A DNA stretch of 59,284 bases from Candidatus Eiseniibacteriota bacterium (GTDB taxonomy: Bacteria > Eisenbacteria > RBG-16-71-46), in assembly GCA_041483195.1 (NCBI GenBank), contig JBGPFC010000027.1, positions 1 to 59,284 on the forward strand, in the 5' to 3' direction. Each line of letters begins with the position of its first letter. Position 1 is the stretch's first letter. Both the position numbers and the translations under genes were made by a program. Under the pieces are notes generated by a model, which searched no databases, was not told the origin of the DNA, and worked only from the letters and a program-made list of their open reading frames with translations. Below are positions 39,901-50,123 of the stretch, piece after piece.

Positions 39901-40740
39901 GTGCTCTCGCCCAACGGCGGCGAGACCTGGAACGTCGGCGCCACGAACTCGGTCTCGTGGCTCGGGGCGGAGCCCGCCGACCTGTGGCTGAGCGTGGATG
40001 GCGGCGCCAGCTACCAGCGCATCGAGAGCGGCGTGGGAGGAGCGGCCTCGAACGCGGTGGCGATCCGAGTCCCGCATCTGCCGGGCCGATTCGCGCGGGT
40101 GAAGCTGACGCCGAGCGACGCGGCGGTGGCGGGCGGCGACGCGTCGGACTCGCTCTTCACGATCCAGACCAGCGTCTCGTTGCTGAGCTTCGCGGTCGCG
40201 GCCGTGCCCGGCGGAGGAGCGTTGCTGCAGTGGAGCACCGACCCCGGCGTGGGGCCGCAGGGACTCGCCGGCTACCGAGTGTATCGCTTGCTACGCGGCG
40301 GTTCCGGCGCGGGCGTGCGGATCGGCCCCGACCCGGTCACCGAGAATCGTTACGAGGACCGCGGCGGCGCGGCCGGAGATGGCTACCGGCTCGCCGCGGT
40401 GAACCGGCTCGGCGAAGAGTTGGAGCTGGGGCGCGCGATGCTCCCGCCCTCCTCGCCGCTCGCCGCGTGGCCGCTGCCGTATCGAGGTGGAGCGCTCACG
40501 ATCTCGTTCGCGACCGCGAGCGGGTTGGGAGGCGGTTCGGGCGAAGCGGAGGTCGTGATCTACGACGTCGCCGGGCGCATGGTCGCGACCATCGCACGAG
40601 GCGGCTTCGCAGCTGGCGTGCAGCAGGTGACGTGGGATGGCCGCGATCAACACGGGCAGCCGGTGCGAAACGGACTCTACGTCCTGCGCGTGACGAGCGG
40701 CGGCGTGCGACACCAGTTGAAGGCGCTCGTGCTTCGATAG
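36958..40740 (+). CDS. Secreted FG-GAP (integrin alpha-like) repeat protein with C-terminal FlgD/T9SS-CTD-like domain
   Basis: Signal peptide; 14 AGDVNGDGFxDxIVGAP-type repeats in two sets of 7, each followed by VLSPNGGETW; ends IYDVAGRMV...WDGRD...NGLYVLRV. Confidence 0.93.
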   Translation: MRRPPSASRALLALGTLLAALAGIPSSAFAISYRTLFTPTGLGAEALSSSVASAGDMNGDGYADVIVGAPLNDTGASDGGRALVFFGGPGADDVPDLTLIGTSATELLGYSVASAGDFNGDGFDDVIVGAPFNDTGGANIGRAYIFFGGPNPDAIADITFTGVAPGDEFGYSVASAGDVNGDGYGDLIVGAPLNDAAGLDAGRAYVFYGGPATDNLIDITVTGATAGDGFGTAAASAGDFNGDGYGDFAAGAPYNDVIGVDAGAAYLYFGGPGEDASVDLTFNGAVAGDQFGFSLDNAGDVNGDGFGDLLVGAPLNDTAGANAGRAYVFYGGPLADNVADLTLSGAVAGDQFGNAVARAGDANADGFADLIVGAPFNDAGGTNAGRAYVFFGAAAPNTVADITITGVVGSDELGLAVAGAGDVNGDGFAEVVTGAPGNDIGGANAGRAYVTAVYAYQVLSPNGGETWVSGAPSRVHWLGHDPADLAISLDGGVTWSTLVAGAGGLEENEVTVTAPGPATALAKVRLSINAQTVKRSTSDMSDAVFRIVEPTRAPAAASRVQRSFIGAAGDNLGWAVAGAGDVNGDGFDDVIVGAPLNDTPGANAGRAFVFFGGPGADAVADLTLSGAAANDEFGYSVSGVGDVNHDGFSDVIVGAPFNDFAASNAGRAYVFFGGNSPDAVADLTLTGAAANDQLGYSVAGAGDVNRDGFDDVFVGAPFNDTGATNAGRAYLFFGGLAPDAISDLAVGGEAIADQFGASVAGAGDVNGDGFADLIAGSSTNDIHGSASGRAYVYFGGTVPNTTVDLFLDGQASGDGFGVAVAGAGDVNGDGFDDVIVGANFNETSGVDAGRAYLYFGGPAPDAIADFEVGGVTLDELGLDVAGAGDVNGDGYADLIVGARANSAGGSFAGRAYLLYGGPTPDAMADLAIAGLGANDNLGRALAGAGDVNGDGFDDVIVGSHLNDAGGADAGAAYLYDLNRYFVLSPNGGETWNVGATNSVSWLGAEPADLWLSVDGGASYQRIESGVGGAASNAVAIRVPHLPGRFARVKLTPSDAAVAGGDASDSLFTIQTSVSLLSFAVAAVPGGGALLQWSTDPGVGPQGLAGYRVYRLLRGGSGAGVRIGPDPVTENRYEDRGGAAGDGYRLAAVNRLGEELELGRAMLPPSSPLAAWPLPYRGGALTISFATASGLGGGSGEAEVVIYDVAGRMVATIARGGFAAGVQQVTWDGRDQHGQPVRNGLYVLRVTSGGVRHQLKALVLR

Positions 40741-40784
40741 TCGCCGCGCCGGAGGACATGCATGCTCCGCGGTGAGGACAACGC

Positions 40785-40921
40785 TCTCGCGTGAGGCACG
40801 CCCTCGCGACGGAAGACCACGGGCCATGCGAGACGCGCACGAGATAGACCCCGGCGGGCAGTGCGCTCGCAAGCGCGGGCGGGGCGGAGGCGGCCACAGA
40901 ACGGAGCAGGTGGGGGCTCAT
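40785..40921 (-). pseudogene. Remnant of a C-terminal sorting-like domain
   Basis: Reads ALPAGVYLVRVSHGPWSSVARACLTR, like the tails of the CTD proteins here; no upstream gene body. Confidence 0.45.
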
Positions 40922-41047
40922 GCGGCGGCTCTCCTCACTCGATCGCGAGTCATGCGACGCGACAGATGATTGATTCTGGCTTCAGGCTTCGTCGCCGGAG
41001 AGCTTCAAACTTGTGGTGCGGCTCGATCCCGTGTACCAATCCCCCGG

Positions 41048-41806
41048 ATGAGCGAACCGCCCCCACTGCCGCAGACTCGGGGAAGGCCATCCCGCACCGG
41101 AGGCAGGGTCCGGGCGATCTCGCTCGCCGCCCTGATCGGGGCCGCCGTCGGCGCCTGGTTCGCGCGCTCCGGCAAGGCACCGCCGCGGTGGGCCGGCCAT
41201 CCGCTCTCGCCGGCCTTCCTGCTCACCCCGATGGCGTTCTCGCTCTACCTGTGGATCATCATGTCCGTCTATTGGGAGGTGGCGGCGAGAAACGCGTCGG
41301 CGACGAGGTCGGCCGAGTCGCGCGGCTCACGCGCCCTGCACCTCCTGATCGTGAACGTCGCCATGGTTCTTTCCTTCTGGCCGTTCGCGGGGTGGCCGAG
41401 GCCCGCGGCGCCGGCGTTCGAATTTCCCCGCGTGCTGCCCGACGCGCCGTACCTCGCGCCCCTCGGGCTGACGCTTGCGACGGGCTGCCTGCTGCTCGCC
41501 CTGTGGGCGCGCAGGATACTCGGCCGCAACTGGAGCGGAGCGGTCACGGTGAAGGTGGATCACGCGCTGGTCCGTGGCGGGCCGTACCGGCGCATCCGGC
41601 ATCCGATCTACACCGGCGCGATCGGCATGTACGTCGGCACCGCGCTGATCTCCGGGCGGCTGCAGGGGCCGATCGCGATCGCGCTGGTCGGGATCGCATA
41701 CGCACGGAAGATCGGGCAGGAGGAGCGTGCGCTCCGCGAAGTGTTCGGCGCGGCTTACGACGAATACCGAGGCGAATCGTGGGCGCTCATTCCCTGGATC
41801 CTGTGA
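41048..41806 (+). CDS. Isoprenylcysteine carboxyl methyltransferase (ICMT/PEMT) family membrane protein
   Basis: LGRNWS, HALVRGGPYRRIRHPIYTG, EERALREVFGAAYDEY. Confidence 0.9.
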   Translation: MSEPPPLPQTRGRPSRTGGRVRAISLAALIGAAVGAWFARSGKAPPRWAGHPLSPAFLLTPMAFSLYLWIIMSVYWEVAARNASATRSAESRGSRALHLLIVNVAMVLSFWPFAGWPRPAAPAFEFPRVLPDAPYLAPLGLTLATGCLLLALWARRILGRNWSGAVTVKVDHALVRGGPYRRIRHPIYTGAIGMYVGTALISGRLQGPIAIALVGIAYARKIGQEERALREVFGAAYDEYRGESWALIPWIL

Positions 41807-42069
41807 TCCACCTCGTCTCGCATGGGAGGGTGACTCAAATCCCGCACCCGCCTGTAGACGGCACGCCCGCTCGGAGCTAGACTTACCGGCGAATCGGTGG
41901 CGCCCGTCCGACCCCCCTGGCATGTTCTCCTCCGCACCCTCGACGGTACCTCTCGGGTACCTGCCGGGGGTGTCTCGGTGAATCCGGGGGCGGGCGACTC
42001 GGCACTGTGACCCTGTACCACGCGCGAATGCCGCCGACCCCCATCGCTCGATCGACAGCGGAGGAATGA

Positions 42070-44925
42070 GTGTCCGAGCAGCCGGATCGTCCGAACCCCA
42101 GCGCCCCACCGCCTCCGAAGACCCCCGCCTCCGATTCCAGTTTCGAAGAAGACGCGACGATCGACGCCGCGGACCTGCGCCCCGATTCGGCCGGCGTGGC
42201 CGGCCCGATTCCCTCGGCGTCCACCGGCGATCTTCCGAAGTCGATCGGCCGCTACCGCATCCTCGGCAAGCTGGGGCAGGGCGGCATGGGCATCGTGTAC
42301 GAGGCCGAGCAGCAGGACCCGCGCCGCCGAGTGGCACTCAAGGTGGTTCGAGGCGGGCGCTACGTCGACGAAGCCACGATCCGCCTGTTCCGGCGCGAAG
42401 CCGAGACGCTGGCCCGCCTGCGTCACCCCAACATCGGCGGCATCTACGAGTCGGGCCGCACCGAAGAGGGCCAGCACTTCTTCGCCATGGAGCTGGTGCA
42501 GGGCGACAACCTGGACGTCTTTCTCGCCAAGCGCCCGAAGGCGATCACCTCCGATGAAGTGCGTTTCCGCCTCTCGCTGTTCCGGCGCATCGCGGACGCC
42601 GTCCACTACGCGCACCAGCGCGGAGTCATCCACCGCGATCTGAAGCCTTCGAACATCATCATCTCGCGCGAGACCGGCAGCGAGACCAGCGCGACGTCGC
42701 TGACCGGCGCGCGCCTGCCCGAGGTGAAGATCCTCGACTTCGGTCTCGCGCGCATCACCGAGGGCGACGTGCAGGCGACCCAGGTCACCGAGGTGGGGGT
42801 CATCAAGGGAACGCTGCCGTACATGTCGCCGGAGCAGGCTCGCGGGAAGACGGATGCGATCGACGTGCGCACCGACGTGTACGCGCTCGGCGTGATCCTT
42901 TACGAGATGCTTTCGAACTCGAAGCCGTACGACGTGAGCCGGGCATCGCTGATGGAGGCCGTGCGAGTCATCTGCGAGGAGCCGCCCCGGTCGCTGCGCT
43001 CGACCTTGAGCGGCTCGCGCCGGCTCGACCCGGATATCGAGACCCTGGTGGGCAAGGCGCTGGAGAAGGACGCCGACCGGCGCTACGCGAGCGCCGCGGC
43101 CATGGCGGAGGACGTGGAGCGCTACCTCGCGTCCCAGCCCATCCTGGCCCGTCCGCCGAGCACGGTGTACCAGCTCCGCAAGTTCGCGGGACGCAATCGC
43201 GCGCTGGTGGCCGGCATCGTCGCCACGCTCGTGGTGCTGGTGGCGGGCATCGTCGTCAGCTCCTGGCAGGCCGTGCGCGCCAGCCGGGCCGAGGCACTCG
43301 CGGTCGAGCGAATGGCTCGTGCGGTGTCGGCCGAGCGCCTCGCGAGAGCACGCAGCCTCGAGGCCGATCAGGCCCGCGGGCTGGCCGAGCAGCGCCGCGC
43401 CGAAGCCGAGGAACAGAAGGCCGCGGCGGTGATCGAGCGCTCCGGGGCCGTGCGCGCGCGCACCGCGGCGGAGATCAGCCGCGAGAGCGCGCGCCTCGAA
43501 GCGTCGAAGGCCGGCGCGATCGCCCGGTTCCTCCAGGAAATGCTGGCCACCGCCGATCCGTGGGCCGGGGGCGGCGGGAAGGTGACACTCGACGCGGCGC
43601 TGGAGCGGGCGCAGTCGCGCATCGGAACGTGGGCCGGGAGCGACCCCGACGTCGACTATGCAATCCGCAGCACGGTGGCTTCGGCCTTCGCCGGCGTCGG
43701 CAAGTACGCGGAAGCCGAGTCGCTCCTGCGCGGGGGGATCGATCAGCTGAGGGGCCAGCCGAAGCGGCGCCCGGAGCTGGTGGCCGGGCTGCAACGTGAG
43801 CTCGGCGGGATCCTGAGTCAGACCGCCCACTACGGCGAGGCCGAGGGCGAGTACCGTCAGGCGCTCGAGAGCCTGGCGCTCGCGGGCAGCGCGATCAGCG
43901 ACACCTCGGCGCTGATCATGAGCGAGGTGGCGGCGGCGCTCGCGCATCAGGGCCGCTACGCGCAGGCCGATACGATGTCACGCGGCGCCATGGAACTGGT
44001 GCGCGGCAAGGGCTCCGCCACCTTAGTGGCCGCCCCCGCGATCCTCAGGACACGGGCGTACATCGAGGCCAACTGGAAGGAGAACTACGCCGGCGCCGAT
44101 TCCATGCTGCGCGAGAGCGTGGATCAGCTCGCGGCGCACATCACGGATCGCGGCGTCGAGACCTCCGAGGCGCTCGAGGAGCTGGCCGGCAACCGCGTCC
44201 GCATGGGCGATCTCGCGGGCGCCGATTCGATCTATCGCGAGGCGGTGGCCATGCGCCGCCAGTTCCTCGGCGAGAATCATCCGCTGGTGGCGCGCGCGCT
44301 CGAGAATCAGGGCGAGCTGCTATTCCGGTCGGGCCGGCTCGATCAGACCATCGAGGTGCTCAGGCGCGTTCTCGCCATCCGTCAGCAGGGACTCGGCCCC
44401 GAGAGCGAACTGGTCGGACGGACCTGGATCGGGCTCGGTCCGGTGTACGCGCGCGCCGACCGGCTGCGCGAATCCCAGGCCGCGTTCGATACCGGCATCG
44501 GCATCCTCAGGAAGAAGCTCGGCGACCGTCATCCGGATCTCGCCGCGGCGTTCAAGGATTACGCGGAGCTGCGCGTCCGGCAACGCCGGATGAACGACGC
44601 CGAGAAGCTGGCGCGCGAGGGCCTCTCGATACGCTTGGAGTATCTCGGCCCCGGCAGCCCCGGCACGGTCGACTCGCAGGTGGGCCTCGCGGACATCATT
44701 CGCGCGCGACATTCGGCGTGGAGGTACCCCGAGGCCGAGACGCTGCTGATCGCGGCGCGAACCGCGGCCCTCACGACGCGCGGCGCGAAGGATCCCGGCG
44801 CGCTCAAGGCGACTCACGGGCTGATCCAGCTCTACGACGCCTGGCACAAGCCGGGGGAGGCCGCAAAGTGGCGCTCGACGCTGCCGGCGGGGCAGACCTC
44901 GGCGGCGATCTCACCCGCGGAGTGA
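42070..44925 (+). CDS. Ser/Thr protein kinase with TM helix, coiled coil and TPR repeats
   Basis: LGQGGMGIVY, VALK, HRDLKPSN, DFG, YMSPEQ; TM LVAGIVATLVVLVAGIVVSSW; LGENHP and LGDRHP TPR motifs. Confidence 0.95.
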   Translation: MSEQPDRPNPSAPPPPKTPASDSSFEEDATIDAADLRPDSAGVAGPIPSASTGDLPKSIGRYRILGKLGQGGMGIVYEAEQQDPRRRVALKVVRGGRYVDEATIRLFRREAETLARLRHPNIGGIYESGRTEEGQHFFAMELVQGDNLDVFLAKRPKAITSDEVRFRLSLFRRIADAVHYAHQRGVIHRDLKPSNIIISRETGSETSATSLTGARLPEVKILDFGLARITEGDVQATQVTEVGVIKGTLPYMSPEQARGKTDAIDVRTDVYALGVILYEMLSNSKPYDVSRASLMEAVRVICEEPPRSLRSTLSGSRRLDPDIETLVGKALEKDADRRYASAAAMAEDVERYLASQPILARPPSTVYQLRKFAGRNRALVAGIVATLVVLVAGIVVSSWQAVRASRAEALAVERMARAVSAERLARARSLEADQARGLAEQRRAEAEEQKAAAVIERSGAVRARTAAEISRESARLEASKAGAIARFLQEMLATADPWAGGGGKVTLDAALERAQSRIGTWAGSDPDVDYAIRSTVASAFAGVGKYAEAESLLRGGIDQLRGQPKRRPELVAGLQRELGGILSQTAHYGEAEGEYRQALESLALAGSAISDTSALIMSEVAAALAHQGRYAQADTMSRGAMELVRGKGSATLVAAPAILRTRAYIEANWKENYAGADSMLRESVDQLAAHITDRGVETSEALEELAGNRVRMGDLAGADSIYREAVAMRRQFLGENHPLVARALENQGELLFRSGRLDQTIEVLRRVLAIRQQGLGPESELVGRTWIGLGPVYARADRLRESQAAFDTGIGILRKKLGDRHPDLAAAFKDYAELRVRQRRMNDAEKLAREGLSIRLEYLGPGSPGTVDSQVGLADIIRARHSAWRYPEAETLLIAARTAALTTRGAKDPGALKATHGLIQLYDAWHKPGEAAKWRSTLPAGQTSAAISPAE

Positions 44926-44949
44926 GATCACGGGGCCTCGGCTCGAACG

Positions 44950-45365
44950 CTAGACGCCCACCCGCCTGACGATCCCGTCGAAGCGAGGATCTCCGCGCAG
45001 CGAATCGAGCGATGGGTCGAGGCGAATGGCCGCCAGCCAGTGCACCCGTTCTTCGAGGGCCCGCTCGAGCGCCGAGAACGCGGCTTCAAGATCGCCCAGC
45101 GCCGCGAGCACCTGCGCGACATAGTAGGACGCGACGTAGTGGTGCTCCGATTGGGCCTCGAGCTCGGCCAGCAGCGCTCGAGCGCCTCGCGCCGGAACCG
45201 CGCCCGGGCCTCCGGGGCCTGGAAGGCCGGCGCCGACAGCACCTTGATCGCGACCTCGCGATCGAGTCGCGTGTCGCGCGCGCGATAGACCTCGCCCATG
45301 CCGCCGCTTCCGAGCGGAGCGGCGATCTCGTACGGGCCGAGGCGGGTGCCGGTCTCGAGCGTCAT
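44950..45365 (-). pseudogene. Internally deleted Ser/Thr kinase-TPR gene
   Basis: The first 61 codons ([18 protein letters not shown]...RFRREA) are joined out of frame to a C-terminal piece ARALLAELE...[24 protein letters not shown], which matches the C-termini of the neighbouring kinases. Confidence 0.85.
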
Positions 45366-45498
45366 GAGGCGCGGGCTATAGGCGAAACGAAACCCGGCAA
45401 CCCGGGGGAACGCTCCCGTCACCGCGATGGGACATCGCCGGCCCGGTCCTCGCGGTCGCTCGGACGTATGACCGGGCGGTTCGTGTAGACTCCCGCGA

Positions 45499-47760
45499 AT
45501 GATCCTCAGCGCTGGAACGAAGCTCGGCCCCTACGAGATCCTCGCCCCGCTTGGCGCGGGCGGCATGGGCGAAGTGTACCGTGCGCGCGACACGCGGCTG
45601 GCGCGCGACGTGGCGATCAAGATGCTGCCCCACGCATTCGCGGCCGATCCCGAGCGGCTGGCGCGTTTCCGGCGCGAGGCTCAGACCCTCGCCGCGTTGA
45701 ATCACCCGAACATCGCTTCGATCTACGGGCTCGAAGAAGTGGATGGGACGCCGTGCCTGGTGCTCGAGCTGGTGGGAGGGGAGACGCTCGCGGCGCGGCT
45801 GACGCGCGGCGCGCTGCCGCCGCGCGAGGCGCTCGCGCTCGGGGTTCAGATCGCCGCCGCGATCGAGGTGGCTCACGAGCGAGGGATCGTTCACCGCGAC
45901 CTCAAACCGGGCAACGTCATGATCACCGCCTCGGAAGTCGCGAAGGTCCTCGACTTCGGACTCGCCAAGAACGATCCGGCGCTGACGCCCGGAGCCGATC
46001 CGACGGAATCGCCCACCGTGACCGCGCGCGCAGGGGCCACCATCGCCGGCACGATACTCGGCACCGTCGCGTACATGAGCCCGGAGCAGGCGCGCGGCAA
46101 GGCGGTGGACCGGCGCAGCGACGTGTGGTCATTCGGGTGCGTGCTGTTCGAGTGCTTCACCGGAAAGCCGGCGTTCATGGGCGAGACCGTGTCGGACGTG
46201 CTCGCGCGCATCCTCAAGCGCGAGCCCGACTGGACGGCGTTGCCGTCCGGCACCCCGGCGCGAGTGCGCGAGATCCTGCGCCGCTGCCTGCGCAAGGAGG
46301 CCGACGCCCGGCCCCGAGACATCCGCGACGTGCGCCTCGAGCTGACCGAGGCCGCGGCCGGCGTCGTGAAGGGCGACTCCGGTCGCGAGCAATCGGTCGC
46401 GGTGCTCCCGTTCGACAATCTCAGCGGGCCCGACGACGAGTACTTCGCAGACGGCGTCACCGACGAGATCCTGAACGCGCTCTCACACCTCGCGGGACTC
46501 CGGGTCGCGGCTCGCACCTCGTGCTTCGCGTTCAAGGGACGCCGCGAGGACCTGCGCGCGATCGGCGAGAAGCTCGACGTCACCACCGTGCTCGAGGGCA
46601 GCGTGCGCCGCGCCGGCACTCGACTGCGCATCACCGCGCAACTGGTGAACGCGGCCGACGGCTACCAGTTGTGGTCGGAGCGCTACGACCGCGAGATGAC
46701 CGACGTGTTCGTGGTGCAGGACGAGATCGCGAACGCGATCGCGAACCGCCTGCGCGGGACGCTCCGCGACGAGGCCGAACGTGGCCGCGCGCGCCAGGGC
46801 ACCAGGAATCTCGAGGCCTACGAGCTGTTGCTCAAGGGTCGCGCGCTCCAGGCCAAGCGGGGCCGGTTCCTGCCCCAGGCGATGGCGTGCTTCGAGCAGG
46901 CAATCGCGCTCGATCCCCAGTACGCCGAGGCCATGGCGTGGCTTTCGGATTCGTACCGGCTGATGGGCACGTTCGGGGTCGCGCCTTTCTCCGAGGTCAT
47001 GCCGAAGGCCAGGCGCCTCGCGGAGAGCGCCCTCGCGATCGATGCAGACCAGGTCGAGGCATGGACGACACTCGCCAGCGTCGCGGAACAATACGACCGA
47101 GATTTCAGCGGCGCGGAGTCGCATTGGGAGCGGGCCTTCGCGGTCGACCCACGTCACGCGCGCGGCCGCGCGCAGCGGGCCCTGTGGGGCTTCTGCTACG
47201 GTGCGCTCTCGGCCGACGAGGCGGTCGACGAGACGAAGCATGCCGTCCAGGACGATCCCCTGAATGCGTGGGTGGGCGCCATGCACTCCCACGTGCTCGG
47301 CTTCGCGGAAAGGCACAGGGAGTCCCTCGTCGAGGCCGAACGCTCATTCGCCGTCGACGCGGACTCCTACTTCGCCCACTGGAATCTGATGCGGGCGCAC
47401 GCGATGGCCGGTCATTACGAGCGCGCGATCGAGATGGCCCCCGCCGTACTCACCGCATCGGGACGTCACCACTGGGCGCTCGGAGTGCTGGCGTGGACTT
47501 ACGGCAGGGCGGGGCGCATCGATGGCGCGTGCGCGGTCCACGATGAAATGGAGGCGCGCTCGCGCCTCGAGTTCATGTCGCCATTCTGGCTGGCCGTGGC
47601 CGCCGCGTCTTCGGGGTTGCTCGAAGAGTCGATCGTCCGGGTGGAGCGCGCCGTCATCGAGCGCGACCCGCTCGTCATCTGGGGGCGGGTGACCGTGTTC
47701 TGGGACGAGGTGCGGGCTCATCCCCGATTCGACGAGGTGGTGCGTGGGGTGTGGGGATGA
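45499..47760 (+). CDS. Ser/Thr protein kinase with TolB-N-like (SVAVLPF) domain and TPR repeats
   Basis: [46 protein letters not shown]. Confidence 0.95.
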   Translation: MILSAGTKLGPYEILAPLGAGGMGEVYRARDTRLARDVAIKMLPHAFAADPERLARFRREAQTLAALNHPNIASIYGLEEVDGTPCLVLELVGGETLAARLTRGALPPREALALGVQIAAAIEVAHERGIVHRDLKPGNVMITASEVAKVLDFGLAKNDPALTPGADPTESPTVTARAGATIAGTILGTVAYMSPEQARGKAVDRRSDVWSFGCVLFECFTGKPAFMGETVSDVLARILKREPDWTALPSGTPARVREILRRCLRKEADARPRDIRDVRLELTEAAAGVVKGDSGREQSVAVLPFDNLSGPDDEYFADGVTDEILNALSHLAGLRVAARTSCFAFKGRREDLRAIGEKLDVTTVLEGSVRRAGTRLRITAQLVNAADGYQLWSERYDREMTDVFVVQDEIANAIANRLRGTLRDEAERGRARQGTRNLEAYELLLKGRALQAKRGRFLPQAMACFEQAIALDPQYAEAMAWLSDSYRLMGTFGVAPFSEVMPKARRLAESALAIDADQVEAWTTLASVAEQYDRDFSGAESHWERAFAVDPRHARGRAQRALWGFCYGALSADEAVDETKHAVQDDPLNAWVGAMHSHVLGFAERHRESLVEAERSFAVDADSYFAHWNLMRAHAMAGHYERAIEMAPAVLTASGRHHWALGVLAWTYGRAGRIDGACAVHDEMEARSRLEFMSPFWLAVAAASSGLLEESIVRVERAVIERDPLVIWGRVTVFWDEVRAHPRFDEVVRGVWG

Positions 47761-47823
47761 CCACGGCCGCCCCGCGGGCGGCCGGTGCTCGGCAAGATCC
47801 CGCGACTGAGGTAGATTGCCACG

Positions 47824-50091
47824 ATGCTGATGATCCGCGGCACCCGTCTCGGCGCCTACGAGATCGTCGCGTCGCTCGGCGCGGGCGGGATGGGCGAGGT
47901 GTATCGCGCGAAGGACATGCGGCTCGGGCGTGAGGTGGCGCTCAAGGTGCTGCCCGAGGCGTTCGCGCGCGATGCCGATCGCCTCGCCCGATTCGAGCGC
48001 GAGGCGCGGACGGTCGCGGGGCTCAACCATCCGAACATCGTCGTGCTCCACTCGGTGGAGGAGGAAGCCGGCGTTCGCTTCCTGACGATGGAGCTGGTCG
48101 AAGGCCAGAGCCTCGACCGGTACGTCACCCCAGGCGGGCTTCCGATTTCTCGCGTGCTGGAACTCGGGATCGCGCTCTCCGATGCGCTGGTCGCTGCGCA
48201 CGAGCGCGGCGTGGTGCACCGGGACCTCAAGCCGGCGAACGTGATCGTGACGCGCGAGGGACGGGTCAAGGTGCTGGACTTCGGGCTCGCGAAGCTCGAG
48301 TCGTCGGCGTCCGGACTCGACGCGACGCAGGCGACTACCATGGCGGCGCCGCTCTCGACGCCGGGGCAGGTGGTGGGCACGGTGCCGTACATGGCGCCGG
48401 AGCAGATCCGTGGCGAAGCGGTCGATGCCCGGACGGACCTGTTCGCGCTGGGAATCCTGCTCTACGAGATCGCCGCCGGGCGCAGACCCTTCACCGGGGC
48501 GACCTCGGCGGACGTGAGCTCGTCGATCCTTCGCGACACCCCGAAGCCGCTCGCGAGCGTCCGGGCGGAGCTCCCGGCCGACCTCGAGCGCATCGTCGGC
48601 CGCTGCCTCGAGAAGGAGCCGCGCGCCCGGTTCCAGACGGCCCTCGACGTGTGCAACGAGCTTCGCCGGCTGCAGCAGGCGAGCGCGAGCGGCACGCTGA
48701 CGCCGGACGCCATCCGTTCGCTGGCGGTGCTTCCGTTCGAAAATGTGTCGCGCGATCCCACGCAGGAGTACTTCGCCGACGGGATGACTGAGGCGCTGAT
48801 CTCGGAGCTCGCGCGCCTGAAGGCGCTGCGTGTCATCTCGCGCACCTCGGCCATGAAGTACAAGGGGGTCCAGAAGGCGCTGCCCGAGATCGCGCGCGAA
48901 TTGAGCGTGGACGCGATCCTCGAAGGATCGGCGCTGCTCGTCGGCAAGCGTGTGCGCGTGACGGTGCAGCTCGTCTCGGCGAAGACCGACGAGATGCTGT
49001 GGGCCGATCGCTACGACGGCGAGATCGAGGACGTGCTGGATCTCCAGAGCCGGATCGCGGAGACCGTGGCGAAGGAGATCGCGGTGCAGGTGACCCCACG
49101 CGAGGTGAGCCACCTCGCGAAACGCCGCCCCGTGAACCCCGAGGCGCACGTCGAATATCTCAAGGGCCGGCACAACGCCGCCGCCCACTCTCCACAGGCC
49201 ATCGAGCTGAGCATTCGGCACTTCAAGCGCGCGCTGGAGCTCGACCCGAACTACGCGCCGGCGTGGGCGGGGATCGCGCACTCTCAGATCGTTCGGGCTG
49301 GCCGAGGCATGGCTCCGGCGGCCGAAGCCGGCGCACTGGCCCGATCGGCAGCCGTGAAGGCGATCGAGCTGGACGACTCCCTCGCCGAGGCCCACGCCGC
49401 CCTGGGCGAGGTCGCTGCGAAGGACATGGAGCTGCGCGCAGCGATCCGGTGCCTGCAACGCGCAATCGAATTGAACCCCGGGCTGGCCGGAGTTCACACC
49501 GTCCTCGGGCGCCTCTATTACTGCTCGGAGCGTCACCGCGAAGCGCAGGAGGCGATGCTGAAGGCGCTCAGCCTGGACCCGTTGTCGATGGTGATCCACA
49601 CGTGCGTCGGCGACGCGTACTACTACTCCCGGGAATACGAGCGCTCGCTGGTCTACTACCGAAAGGCGATCGAGCTCGATGCGCGCTTCGACGGCGCGCA
49701 TACGGACCTGGCCCGCTCGCTCGAAGCGCTCGGACAGTTCGACGAGTCGCGCCGCGAGTACGAGGAGGGCCGAAGGTTGAGCGGCGGCGTCGCCGGGCCG
49801 TCGTTCGGGCTCGCGCATCTCGAGGCCAGCAGTGGAAACGAGGCCGCGGCTCGCGCCATCCTCCATGAATTGATCGCGGCCCGCTCGCACCGCGTGGTCT
49901 CGGCGTGGGGCATCGCGGCGCTCCACGCGTGCCTCGGCGACACGGACGAAGCGTTCCGATGGCTCGACCTCGCGGTGGAGGAAGGCGCGACCGGGCTCGT
50001 CCTGCTGCGCGTCCACCCGCGCCTCGATCCGATTCGCCGAGATTCCCGCTACCAGCCCCTTCTGAAGAGAGTGGGGCTCGACGCCGTCTGA
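47824..50091 (+). CDS. Ser/Thr protein kinase with TolB-N-like domain and TPR repeats
   Basis: [38 protein letters not shown], TPRs. Confidence 0.95.
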   Translation: MLMIRGTRLGAYEIVASLGAGGMGEVYRAKDMRLGREVALKVLPEAFARDADRLARFEREARTVAGLNHPNIVVLHSVEEEAGVRFLTMELVEGQSLDRYVTPGGLPISRVLELGIALSDALVAAHERGVVHRDLKPANVIVTREGRVKVLDFGLAKLESSASGLDATQATTMAAPLSTPGQVVGTVPYMAPEQIRGEAVDARTDLFALGILLYEIAAGRRPFTGATSADVSSSILRDTPKPLASVRAELPADLERIVGRCLEKEPRARFQTALDVCNELRRLQQASASGTLTPDAIRSLAVLPFENVSRDPTQEYFADGMTEALISELARLKALRVISRTSAMKYKGVQKALPEIARELSVDAILEGSALLVGKRVRVTVQLVSAKTDEMLWADRYDGEIEDVLDLQSRIAETVAKEIAVQVTPREVSHLAKRRPVNPEAHVEYLKGRHNAAAHSPQAIELSIRHFKRALELDPNYAPAWAGIAHSQIVRAGRGMAPAAEAGALARSAAVKAIELDDSLAEAHAALGEVAAKDMELRAAIRCLQRAIELNPGLAGVHTVLGRLYYCSERHREAQEAMLKALSLDPLSMVIHTCVGDAYYYSREYERSLVYYRKAIELDARFDGAHTDLARSLEALGQFDESRREYEEGRRLSGGVAGPSFGLAHLEASSGNEAAARAILHELIAARSHRVVSAWGIAALHACLGDTDEAFRWLDLAVEEGATGLVLLRVHPRLDPIRRDSRYQPLLKRVGLDAV

Positions 50092-50123
50092 GGCGAGCGA
50101 CGGACCCAAACCTCGGGACGACC

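Noticed and set aside
41810..41935. GGAGGAG plus ATG on the minus strand at about 41923
   Set aside because: The reading frame is not protein-like and runs antisense into the ICMT gene.
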